Source of the DNA: Candidatus Omnitrophota bacterium
GTDB lineage: Bacteria; Omnitrophota; Omnitrophia; Omnitrophales; JACQLI01
Length of the DNA stretch: 64,000 nucleotides
Reading direction: 5' to 3'
Assembly (NCBI GenBank): GCA_016179745.1
Contig: JACPCP010000009.1
Location: 9,084 to 73,083 of the forward strand
Shown in pieces: positions 41,150-48,778 of this stretch (position 1 is the first letter of the stretch; each line of letters begins with the position of its first letter). The translations under genes were made by a program, and so were the position numbers. The notes beneath the pieces were generated by a model. That model had not been told where the DNA came from and ran no database searches. It saw only the letters and a program-made list of their open reading frames with translations.

Positions 41150-42253
41150 ATGATGAGGATGATTGCCATTGCGAATCAAAAAGGCGGGTGTGGTAAGACC
41201 ACGACGGCGATTAACTTGGGCGCCTGCCTGGCTCGGCTGAACCGGAAAGTGCTTTTGGTGGACCTGGACCCCCAGGCCCACACGACCGTGGGTCTGGGGA
41301 TTTTTCCGGAAAAACTTGAGCGGACCCTTTGCGACCTGCTCGCCCCGGGGGAGGAGAAAAAGACCTCCTGGGAAGAGGTCACGCTCCGTCTCAATCCCCA
41401 CCTCTATCTTCTGCCGGGCGACCTCCGGCTCCAGCGCTTCGAAGAGATCTTTCCCGGCCACCCTCAAAGGGAGAAACAGCTCAAATACCTTCTGCTTTTT
41501 TCGATTCCCCGCACGGAATCGTTTGATTTTGTCCTGATCGACTGCCCTCCCAACCTGGGTCTCCTGACCCTGAATGCCCTGGAAGTGGCGGAGGAGGTCT
41601 TGATTCCGATTGAGCCCTCCTTTTTTTCGCTTCACGGCCTCGCCAAAATGTCCGAGACCCTCCAGCGGGTCACGGAAAAAAGAAGCCGCCCTTTTCAAAC
41701 CCATGCCCTCCTCACGCTCTTTGAGCGGCGCAGCACCTTTTCCCAGGAGGTCTACGAAGAGGTGCGGAAGCATTTCGGGGAGCGATTGTTTCACACGGTC
41801 ATTCACGACAACGTGGCCTTACGGGAAGCCGCTGGGGCCGGCCTCAGCATTGTGGATTTTGACCCCGAGTCGATCGGCTACCGGGATTACATGGGCCTCG
41901 CCACCGAAATCCTGGAGCGGGGATGGAAATGGGAAACGCCCGAGGAAACTCCGGTTTCAGAAAAAGATTCGTGGAAACGGCCGGCCGGAACCCGAAAAGT
42001 TTGCGGAGGCGTCCTCTTCCAATACTACGCCCCGGAGGCGAAGGAGGTCCTCGTGGCCGGTGATTTCAATCAGTGGCTGGCGGAGCCCTTGTTACGGCGA
42101 AACGGAAACGGCCTCTGGCAGAAAGTGGTCCTGATTCTGGAGGGGAGTCACCGCTACAAGTTTTTGGTGGATGGGGAATGGAAGGCGGACCCCGGCGCCC
42201 GGGAGGAGAAGGAGAACACCTTCGGGACCCGGGATTCCTACCTGGTCCTTTAA
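41150..42253 (+). CDS. ParA/Soj-type ATPase fused to a C-terminal CBM48/AMPK-beta glycogen-binding-like domain
   Basis: Deviant Walker A IANQKGGCGKTTTAINL, LVDLDPQ and VLIDCPP. The C-terminal segment VLFQYYAPEAKEVLVAGDFNQW...GLWQKVVLILEGSHRYKFLVDGEWKADP carries the FNxW / YKFxVDGxW hallmarks. Confidence 0.85.
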   Translation: MMRMIAIANQKGGCGKTTTAINLGACLARLNRKVLLVDLDPQAHTTVGLGIFPEKLERTLCDLLAPGEEKKTSWEEVTLRLNPHLYLLPGDLRLQRFEEIFPGHPQREKQLKYLLLFSIPRTESFDFVLIDCPPNLGLLTLNALEVAEEVLIPIEPSFFSLHGLAKMSETLQRVTEKRSRPFQTHALLTLFERRSTFSQEVYEEVRKHFGERLFHTVIHDNVALREAAGAGLSIVDFDPESIGYRDYMGLATEILERGWKWETPEETPVSEKDSWKRPAGTRKVCGGVLFQYYAPEAKEVLVAGDFNQWLAEPLLRRNGNGLWQKVVLILEGSHRYKFLVDGEWKADPGAREEKENTFGTRDSYLVL

Positions 42254-42267
42254 GGAGACAGATTGAG

Positions 42268-43185
42268 ATGGAAAATCATCCCGTTCAAAATGGGGTGGCG
42301 GCACCGGCGGCCGGCGCCAAAAAACTGAGGCGGGGTCTTGAGGACCTCTCGCCGCTCTTTCGCCACACGGAAGTCCAGCCGGTCCCCCTGGCCGTTCCTT
42401 TCAGGCCCGCCTTCGACGTTCAATTTTTGGCGGTCTCGGTCCCGGACCACGAGGGAGATTCCTTCCTTGCCAATGCCTACCTTGCCTCCCAGTTGGTGCG
42501 GCAGACGGACCTTTTTGCGTCGCTCGTGTCCATTGCCCCCGGCTTCAACGGGACGGCCGGGAAGACCGCCCAAGACCCCTTTCCCTCTTTGGAACTTTTG
42601 AATCCGAAAATCTCCCGGCTGGTGCTTTCTCATCAGGCGCTTTGGTCTTTGACACAGGCGAACCCTCTTCGCCGGGAAGGGGAGGCCCCCTCCTCAGAAA
42701 CGACGGTGACAAATCCCGTGATTGTCCTGCTGGACTTCGAGCCGGCCCATTTCCGCTCCCTCGCCCGGATTGCGCAGCTCCTGGACCGGGTGGTCCTTTA
42801 CGTTCAGCCTGAAGGCGACAGCCTTCGGGAGGCCTACCGGACCATGAAGACGCTTTGGAATTTGAACCGGGAAATTGATTTTTTTCTCCTCTTTCGGGAC
42901 GGACTCGGTTCACGGGATCAGGGGGAGTTTCTGTTTGAAAGGTTTTCTTTGATCACCTCCCGGTTCCTCGGCATTTCGACCGTGTGGCTCGGCGGTCTGG
43001 CCTTCCCGGAGAAAAAAGACCCGGTCTGGGTCCCGACCGACGAAATCCTGGGTTTTCATTCAGGGGCCATTTTGTCGGGGGAGGGGCTCCGCCGCCCGCT
43101 TTCACCGGAGAAGACCCGGTTTTGGCGCTGGTTTCAAAAAATGCTTCAATCGCGCACTTTGGAAGGGGCAAAGGCGGCTCCCTAA
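42268..43185 (+). CDS. MinD/ParA-fold paralog lacking the Walker A lysines (pseudo-ATPase)
   Basis: AAGGAGA RBS. FLAVSVPDHEGDSFLANAYLASQL occupies the position of xKGGxGKS. VIVLLDFEP...LDRVVLYVQPEGDSLREAYRTMKTL resembles the Walker B/switch region of MinD-like proteins. Confidence 0.55.
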   Translation: MENHPVQNGVAAPAAGAKKLRRGLEDLSPLFRHTEVQPVPLAVPFRPAFDVQFLAVSVPDHEGDSFLANAYLASQLVRQTDLFASLVSIAPGFNGTAGKTAQDPFPSLELLNPKISRLVLSHQALWSLTQANPLRREGEAPSSETTVTNPVIVLLDFEPAHFRSLARIAQLLDRVVLYVQPEGDSLREAYRTMKTLWNLNREIDFFLLFRDGLGSRDQGEFLFERFSLITSRFLGISTVWLGGLAFPEKKDPVWVPTDEILGFHSGAILSGEGLRRPLSPEKTRFWRWFQKMLQSRTLEGAKAAP

Positions 43186-43186
43186 A

Positions 43187-43780
43187 ATGCCCAGGATCTT
43201 CCTCTCACGGTCAGATTCAAACTGCAAATTTCCCGAGGCCCTGGCCTATTTTCAGGAAGCGGCGCTCCGTCTCTTTCCGGATGCCCGGCCGGCGGAGTTT
43301 CCGGACCCGAGCTTGAAATCTTCCCATTCGTTTGTCTTCCGTCAGGGGGAAAACCTGTTTTGGTTTGAGGTGGCCTCCGAGACCTTCACCCGGGACGAGA
43401 TCCCTGATTTTTTGGGGAAGGCCCGCCGGCTGGAGGCCGCCTTTCCCGGAAAAGCGGACGTGCTTCTCGCAGCGCCCCGTTATGAAGAGGGGGTGCGTGA
43501 ACTTCTGGGTTTTGTCCGGGTCCCGGTTCGAATCTTCCGCTTCGGGTTCGGGGAGTCGGACTCTGAAACCGCCCTCTGGTTGGAAGAATTGACGCCGGCG
43601 TCCATTCTTCCGTCGTCTTCTCTCGGAAGACCTCACCCGGGCGAGGGGGCCCTGCCGGCAGTTTCGGCGGAGCCGCCCTCCGGCGCCTCCGTGGCCCAGG
43701 AGCTTTTATGGAATCGTTTGAGCCGGGAAGAACTGCGTGAGTTCATTCAGCTTGAGATTGAGGCCGCTTCCTATAAATAG
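43187..43780 (+). CDS. Hypothetical protein, third gene of the ParA-CBM48 module
   Basis: ATG 1 nt after the upstream stop. No recognisable motif. The stop codon TAG 43778-43780 lies in the target-site duplication of the IS. Confidence 0.5.
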   Translation: MPRIFLSRSDSNCKFPEALAYFQEAALRLFPDARPAEFPDPSLKSSHSFVFRQGENLFWFEVASETFTRDEIPDFLGKARRLEAAFPGKADVLLAAPRYEEGVRELLGFVRVPVRIFRFGFGESDSETALWLEELTPASILPSSSLGRPHPGEGALPAVSAEPPSGASVAQELLWNRLSREELREFIQLEIEAASYK

Positions 43781-43845
43781 GTAGTGGGTCAGTTTGAAAG
43801 GCCCAAAGCCTAGACAGTCCTTTTCTAACGTGCTAATATGGAGGC

Positions 43846-44091
43846 ATGCTTGAGCGGAAAAGCAGTAAAAAGTCCACAGATTTGAATCAAATAGCCTTTG
43901 GGATAGTCCAGAAGGCCACCTCTGTAACTCCCCCCAAAGCACCCGCCAAAAACCCCTATGCAGTAGCCCTAGGACGTCTTGGAGGGCTTAAGGGTGGCAA
44001 AGCTAGGGCGGAAAAATTGTCAGAAAAAAGAAGGAAGCAGATTGCTAGAAAAGCGGCTCAATCAAGATGGAGTAGAAGAAAAAGCGCATAG
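43846..44091 (+). CDS. Small basic protein (KGG / ...IARKAAQSRW tail), IS passenger
   Basis: GRLGGLKGGKARAEKLSEKRRKQIARKAAQSRW is a motif common in small phage/plasmid-borne proteins. Confidence 0.5.
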   Translation: MLERKSSKKSTDLNQIAFGIVQKATSVTPPKAPAKNPYAVALGRLGGLKGGKARAEKLSEKRRKQIARKAAQSRWSRRKSA

Positions 44092-44100
44092 GCGAAACGG

Positions 44101-44502
44101 TTATTTGTTCTTGTACCATTCAGGCAAGCCCCATTTTTTATTTACCTTAACAAAATTCTTGCCGTCCCTCGCGTCTCTATTCAGAATCACATAGAGAGAC
44201 TTTTCTGTAAGTTGTAGCCCGCCCTTTACTAACGCGTGATAGATTTCTTTCGTGGCTCTTGGTGTTTTGACCATTGACAAATACTTCTTAGAAGCTTCAT
44301 TGATATTCAAGCCAAAGAACGAATCCTCTGTAATCTCTCCTGTTGCCTGTATCACGGTAGACGGCAATGTAATTCCACTAGCACTTACGGTAAGGACTTT
44401 CAGCTGTTCAAGCTGTGCAATCATTGAGTCAATAGCGTCTCGTTTTGATTTTAAATCTTCGATTGCGGCGTCATAAGGACTTCCGCTGTTTTCTCCGTTC
44501 AT
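44101..44502 (-). CDS. Hypothetical protein with a coiled-coil N-terminus and a HARE-HTH-like winged-helix C-terminus, IS passenger
   Basis: The GGAGG RBS precedes ATG at 44502, so the ORF is shorter than in the track. The C-terminal ...TPRATKEIYHALVKGGL...SLYVILNRDARDGKNFVKVNKKWGLPEWY resembles HARE-HTH. Confidence 0.45.
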   Translation of the reverse strand: MNGENSGSPYDAAIEDLKSKRDAIDSMIAQLEQLKVLTVSASGITLPSTVIQATGEITEDSFFGLNINEASKKYLSMVKTPRATKEIYHALVKGGLQLTEKSLYVILNRDARDGKNFVKVNKKWGLPEWYKNK

Positions 44503-44813
44503 GTTACCTCCTTGCTTGTCGTTACTAGATATGTTATACATTCCTTGGTCGATTACCCCTCTTTCGAGGGGCATTGGCTTATATTATCATGTACCACCTC
44601 CTGTGCCGACTGGCACGGTTCCGGCGGTTCTAAGGAAAGCGGGCAAGCTAGCTCCTTAGAACCGCGTTTTTCAATCCACCCCCAGAGTAACAGATAATCC
44701 AGAAAACACAACAACTTTTTTCAGAATTAAACGGAGAGTTGTGTTTATGATTTTATCGTTTAATTATTAAAATAGTTGTTGACAATGCCTGACCGCTCAA
44801 GCATAATATCAAC

Positions 44814-45638
44814 ATGAATAAGCTAACTACTGAAAAACGGGTTCAAGTGGTTGCCTCCCTTGTGGAGGGCAATTCCATCCGGGCCACCGTCCGTATGACG
44901 GGGGTTGCCAAGAATACGGTCGTGAATCTATTGGCCAATCTTGGGAAGGCTTGCTCGGAATATCAAGATAAGACCCTCCGAAACCTGAAATGTCGACGGA
45001 TTCAATGCGACGAGATTTGGTCATTCTGTTATGCCAAAGAGAAGAATGTCCCCAAAAAGAAAAAGGGGAGGTTTGGTTATGGTGACGTTTGGACTTGGAC
45101 GGCGATTGACGCTGACACCAAACTTGTTCCTTCATGGCTTGTGGCTGATCGCGGCTTGGATTCTGCGAAAGAATTTATAGAGGACTTGGCTTCAAGGCTT
45201 TCAAATCGCGTTCAGTTAACGACCGACGGACACCGGGCCTATTTTGAAGCCATTGAAAGTGCCTTCGGCTCAAATATCGATTATGCCCAACTGATAAAGC
45301 TTTACGGAGAAAGCGGAGAAGGGCAGAAGCGTTACAGCCCGGCTCAATGCGTAGGGACAATAAAAAACAAGGTCAATGGGAACCCTGAATCAGGAGGTGT
45401 TTCCACAAGCTTTGCCGAGAGGCAAAATCTGACAATGCGTATGAGCATGAGGCGTTTTACCCGCCTTACAAACGGCTTCTCTAAAAAAGTCGAGAATTTA
45501 GCCCATGCCGTAAGCCTTCACTTCATGTATTATAACTTCTGTCGCATTCATCAATCTTTGAGGGTTACTCCCGCAATGGAAGCGCAAGTAACTGACCATC
45601 TTTGGAGTTTGGAAGAAATTATTAACCTTTTAAATTAG
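44814..45638 (+). CDS. IS1-family DDE transposase (single-ORF type)
   Basis: N-terminal HTH. IQCDEIWSF, WTWTAIDADTK, LTTDGHRAY and SFAERQNLTMRMSMRRFTRLTNGFSKK...YNFCRIHQSL. Promoter TTGACA-17/18-CATAAT at about 44779-44808. Confidence 0.9.
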   Translation: MNKLTTEKRVQVVASLVEGNSIRATVRMTGVAKNTVVNLLANLGKACSEYQDKTLRNLKCRRIQCDEIWSFCYAKEKNVPKKKKGRFGYGDVWTWTAIDADTKLVPSWLVADRGLDSAKEFIEDLASRLSNRVQLTTDGHRAYFEAIESAFGSNIDYAQLIKLYGESGEGQKRYSPAQCVGTIKNKVNGNPESGGVSTSFAERQNLTMRMSMRRFTRLTNGFSKKVENLAHAVSLHFMYYNFCRIHQSLRVTPAMEAQVTDHLWSLEEIINLLN

Positions 45639-45786
45639 GAGGCAAAAATGTGGTATGAGACTATATTATTCGGTGTGTTTTGCTCAATTGCTTATGGTGT
45701 TTTCATCATTGAGCGGGAAATAAAACAAATAAGGGTAATGCTCCAAAAAAAGTTAAGTTCAAACTGACCCACTACCTATAAATAGC

Positions 45787-45815
45787 TTGCCGTTCATTTG
45801 CCCCTTCGTTACAAT
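45787..45815 (+). promoter_or_regulatory. Sigma70-like promoter
   Basis: TTGCCG, a 17-nt spacer and TACAAT, just right of the IS and 12 nt before ATG 45827. Confidence 0.45.
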
Positions 45816-45826
45816 CGGGCTCCACC

Positions 45827-46543
45827 ATGGCGACCTTGAACATCCCCGAGAGCCTTGAAACCTTAAAAAAGGCCCAGGACCTTGACCGTGAGATTTACAC
45901 CGCCCGTCAGGAACTCGCCTTCTTCCCGGAAAAGATCCATCAGCTCACCCTCGATTTGGAAGCCGAGAAATCCAGGATGCTGGATCTGGAAAAGCAGCTC
46001 AAGGACATTCAGGTCCGGCAGCGGGCGAAGGAAGGCGAGCTCGCCGAAAAGGAGGGGCTCATTCGAAAATACGACGCCCAGCTCGCCCAGGTCAAAACAA
46101 ACAAGGAATACGCCTCCCTCCAAAAAGAAATCGATTCCCTGAAGGCCGATTGTTCGATGGTGGAGGATTCCATTCTGGCCATTCTGGAGGAGGGCGACCA
46201 GCTCCAGCGCGCTGTCCGGGAAGAACGGAACCGGTTGGCCGAAGTGGAAAAAGAGTTTGAGGCCAGGAAAAGGGAGTTTGACGCCCGGGGCGAGGTTCTA
46301 AAGGCCCACCTTGACGAACTGACCGGGAAACGTTCCGGCGTCATTTCGCAGGTCCCTGAGGAGGCCCGCCGGCTTTACGAAAAGATCCTCGACAAGAAAG
46401 AAGGCTTGGCCCTCGTGCCCCTGGTGGGCGAGGCCTGCGGCGCCTGCCGGATCGACATCCGCCCCCAGCTCCTGAATGAACTCAAGCTGAAAGAGGCCCT
46501 CGTCGTCTGCGAGCATTGTTCCCGCATTCTCTATACGGATTAA
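45827..46543 (+). CDS. Coiled-coil zinc-ribbon protein (COG1579/DUF164-like)
   Basis: Long heptad region followed by a C4 zinc ribbon, CGACRIDI...CEHCSRIL. Confidence 0.8.
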   Translation: MATLNIPESLETLKKAQDLDREIYTARQELAFFPEKIHQLTLDLEAEKSRMLDLEKQLKDIQVRQRAKEGELAEKEGLIRKYDAQLAQVKTNKEYASLQKEIDSLKADCSMVEDSILAILEEGDQLQRAVREERNRLAEVEKEFEARKREFDARGEVLKAHLDELTGKRSGVISQVPEEARRLYEKILDKKEGLALVPLVGEACGACRIDIRPQLLNELKLKEALVVCEHCSRILYTD

Positions 46544-46650
46544 GCCCCTCCATTCCCTGTTTCGGGCCTAAATTCTAGGCTCGGACACTCCTCTAAAAAC
46601 ACCCCTCACACAGGCTCAGTCTGTGCTTGGGCACGGCCACAAATTCCCTG

Positions 46651-46679
46651 TTGACACTCTTCTTTAGCCTCCTTATACT
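46651..46679 (+). promoter_or_regulatory. dcw (mraZ) promoter
   Basis: TTGACA (46651-46656), a 17-nt spacer and TATACT (46674-46679). Confidence 0.55.
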
Positions 46680-46695
46680 GCCGCCGATGTATAAA

Positions 46696-46720
46696 GTGGT
46701 GAAAAGTGGGGGATTGTGGT
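46696..46720 (+). promoter_or_regulatory. Probable MraZ operator: three direct GTGG(G/T) repeats at 10-nt spacing
   Basis: GTGGT at 46696, GTGGG at 46706 and GTGGT at 46716, between the promoter and the mraZ ATG. This mirrors the known MraZ-box architecture. Confidence 0.55.
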
Positions 46721-46728
46721 AATCAAAA

Positions 46729-47178
46729 ATGTTCTACGGCGAATACTCTCATTCACTGGACAGTAAGGGGCGGGTGATCATTCCCGCCAAGTTTCGCGAA
46801 GTGGTGAAGGAACACTTTGCGGACAAGTTTTACATTACCCGCGGACTGGACCGCTGCCTTTTCATTTTCACGGAAGAGGCGTGGAAAAGTCAGGAGCGGA
46901 AATTCCGCGAGCTTTCCTTCACCAAGAGCGAGGCCCGGAAATTCAACCGGCTTTATTTTTCCGGCGCCTGCGATTCGGTCTGCGACAAGCAGGGGAGAAT
47001 TTTAATTCCCGATTACCTGAAACAGTATGCCGAGATCCAGGAAGAGGTGGTGATTATCGGCGTCTCAGACCGTATCGAGATCTGGGCGAAGGAGAAGTGG
47101 AAGGAATTTTTTAAAGACCATCAGGGAAGTTTTGAAGAGCTGGCGGAAAAATTAATGACGGACAAAGAGAAAGAATAG
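46729..47178 (+). CDS. mraZ: Transcriptional regulator MraZ
   Basis: MFYGEYSHSLDSKGRVIIPAKFR...DKQGRILIP shows a duplicated SpoVT/AbrB-like MraZ motif. Confidence 0.95.
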   Translation: MFYGEYSHSLDSKGRVIIPAKFREVVKEHFADKFYITRGLDRCLFIFTEEAWKSQERKFRELSFTKSEARKFNRLYFSGACDSVCDKQGRILIPDYLKQYAEIQEEVVIIGVSDRIEIWAKEKWKEFFKDHQGSFEELAEKLMTDKEKE

Positions 47179-47189
47179 GGGAGGTAAAA

Positions 47190-47486
47190 ATGGGGACCCG
47201 TTTGAAGACCGAAGATTCGGTGGATGTGCTGCACTTTCCCGGCACGCTGGACGCTTTTCAGATGCTCCGCCTCCGGCCGCGCTTGACACGGCTTTTGAAC
47301 CGGCATCCGAGACTGCTTGTTTTGGACCTCGCCGAGACCCGCGAGGTGAAACTGGCGGGACTGGGAATGCTCGTGGACCGGCTCCGGCGGTCCAGCAATG
47401 GAACCGGGTTTCGAATTGAGAATGCCTCGCCCCGGGTTTTCCAGACCCTTGCCCGCGCCGGGGTGAATGGTTTCCTCGCGTCCTAA
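47190..47486 (+). CDS. STAS-domain protein (anti-sigma-antagonist-like, non-phosphorylatable variant)
   Basis: The pattern VLHFPGTLD...LVLDLAETREVKLAGLGMLV...VFQTLARAGV matches the STAS fold. The usual DSSG serine position reads KLAG. Confidence 0.65.
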   Translation: MGTRLKTEDSVDVLHFPGTLDAFQMLRLRPRLTRLLNRHPRLLVLDLAETREVKLAGLGMLVDRLRRSSNGTGFRIENASPRVFQTLARAGVNGFLAS

Positions 47487-48387
47487 AAAAAAATCGCACG
47501 AACCGGTCCTTCGGGAGGAAGTGTTAAAGTTCCTCGATCCGAAACCGGGGGACGTGGTGGTCGACGCCACGGTGGGGAGCGCAGGGCACGCGGCAGCAAT
47601 TCTGAAGTGTCTGGGAAGGCGGGGCCGGCTGGTGGGGATCGATCAGGATCCGGAGGCGGTCCGCCGGGCCCAACGGAAGCTGAAGGGATTCAAGGGGGCC
47701 GAGGTGGTCCAAAGCAATTTTAATCACATCGATGAAATTTTAGAGCGCCTCAATCTTGACGCCGTGGATGCCGTATTACTAGACGTCGGGCTCTCGACGG
47801 AGCAGCTCGAAGCCGCCGGGCGCGGATTCAGCTTTTTGAAAGAGGGGCCGCTTGACATGAGAATGAATCCCGAAGGCCCTTTGAGGGCCCGGGACCTGGT
47901 GAATGATCTTTCTCAGGGCGAGCTGGAAAAACTTTTGAGGGCCCACGGAGAGGGGCGCTGGGCCGGGCGAATTGCCCGGGCGATTTTGAGAAGGCGGGCC
48001 CGGCAGCCGATCGAGACCACCCGTGAGCTTCGTGAGGTGATTGAAGAAGCAGTGCCCCGCCGGTTCCATTTTGGCCGCCTCCACCCGGCCACCCGGACGT
48101 TTCAGGCTTTGAGGATCCGGGTGAATGATGAGCTGGGGGCGCTCGAGGAGACGCTTCCGAAGGCGCTTCGGGTTTTACGGCCGGGCGGGAGAATCGCGGT
48201 GATCAGTTTTCATTCGTTGGAAGACCGGATCGTGAAGCAGGCCTTTCGAGAAGGGGCCCGGCAGGGAATTCTGGAGATTTTGACGAAGAAGCCGGTCGAG
48301 GCAGGGCCGGGGGAAGTGGAACGGAACCCCCGTTCGCGGAGCGCAAAGCTCCGGGCAGCGAGAAAAGCGGCTCTGCCCGGAGAATAG
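47467..48387 (+). CDS. rsmH: 16S rRNA (cytosine1402-N4)-methyltransferase
   Basis: HEPVLREEV, VDATVGSAGH, LLDVGLS, GPLDMRM and SFHSLEDRIVK motifs. Confidence 0.95.
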   Translation: MVSSRPKKKSHEPVLREEVLKFLDPKPGDVVVDATVGSAGHAAAILKCLGRRGRLVGIDQDPEAVRRAQRKLKGFKGAEVVQSNFNHIDEILERLNLDAVDAVLLDVGLSTEQLEAAGRGFSFLKEGPLDMRMNPEGPLRARDLVNDLSQGELEKLLRAHGEGRWAGRIARAILRRRARQPIETTRELREVIEEAVPRRFHFGRLHPATRTFQALRIRVNDELGALEETLPKALRVLRPGGRIAVISFHSLEDRIVKQAFREGARQGILEILTKKPVEAGPGEVERNPRSRSAKLRAARKAALPGE

Positions 48388-48397
48388 GGAGGCAGGA

Positions 48398-48778
48398 ATG
48401 AAAGGGTTGGGCAAGGTCTTATTGGGTTTTACAATTTTGACCGGCGCCCTCCTCGTCTACGTTCACGAGCGGATCGAAATGCTTCGGGTCTCCTACCAAA
48501 TCCACGAGAAGTCCTCGGTCCTAGCCCAAAGGTCTGAAGAATACCGGCGGCTCAATTTCGAGGTGGCCCAGCTGCGTTCTCCCCAAAAGCTTGAAAAGCG
48601 TCTCCAGGACCTCTCTCTTCCGCTGGCGCTCCCCAAGGAAATCCAGGTGCTTCGGGTCCCGCTGGCCCTCGAGACCAAACCCTTTGAAGGCCTCCCCCTC
48701 GAACCTCCCACTCGCAGTGTCTTTAAATTTCTAGGGCAGTGGATTCAAGTCGCTCAGGCTCGCACGGACCAATCATAA
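48398..48778 (+). CDS. ftsL: FtsL-like cell-division membrane protein
   Basis: Single N-terminal TM helix followed by a short coiled coil. Canonical position between rsmH and ftsI. Confidence 0.55.
   Translation: MKGLGKVLLGFTILTGALLVYVHERIEMLRVSYQIHEKSSVLAQRSEEYRRLNFEVAQLRSPQKLEKRLQDLSLPLALPKEIQVLRVPLALETKPFEGLPLEPPTRSVFKFLGQWIQVAQARTDQS

Larger units (their letters stand above)
43780..45776 (+). mobile_element. IS1-family insertion sequence (~2.0 kb) with passenger genes
   Basis: Perfect terminal inverted repeats (G)GTAGTGGGTCAGTTTGAA at 43780/43781-43798 and 45758-45775/45776. Flanking direct repeat (C)TATAAATA(G) at 43771-43780 and 45776-45785. Visibly lower GC than the flanks. Encodes a DDE transposase. 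Confidence 0.85.

Noticed and set aside
42073-42267. 5' part of track ORF 42073..43185
   Set aside because: It overlaps the CBM48-like end of the ParA gene in another frame. A good RBS precedes the internal ATG 42268.
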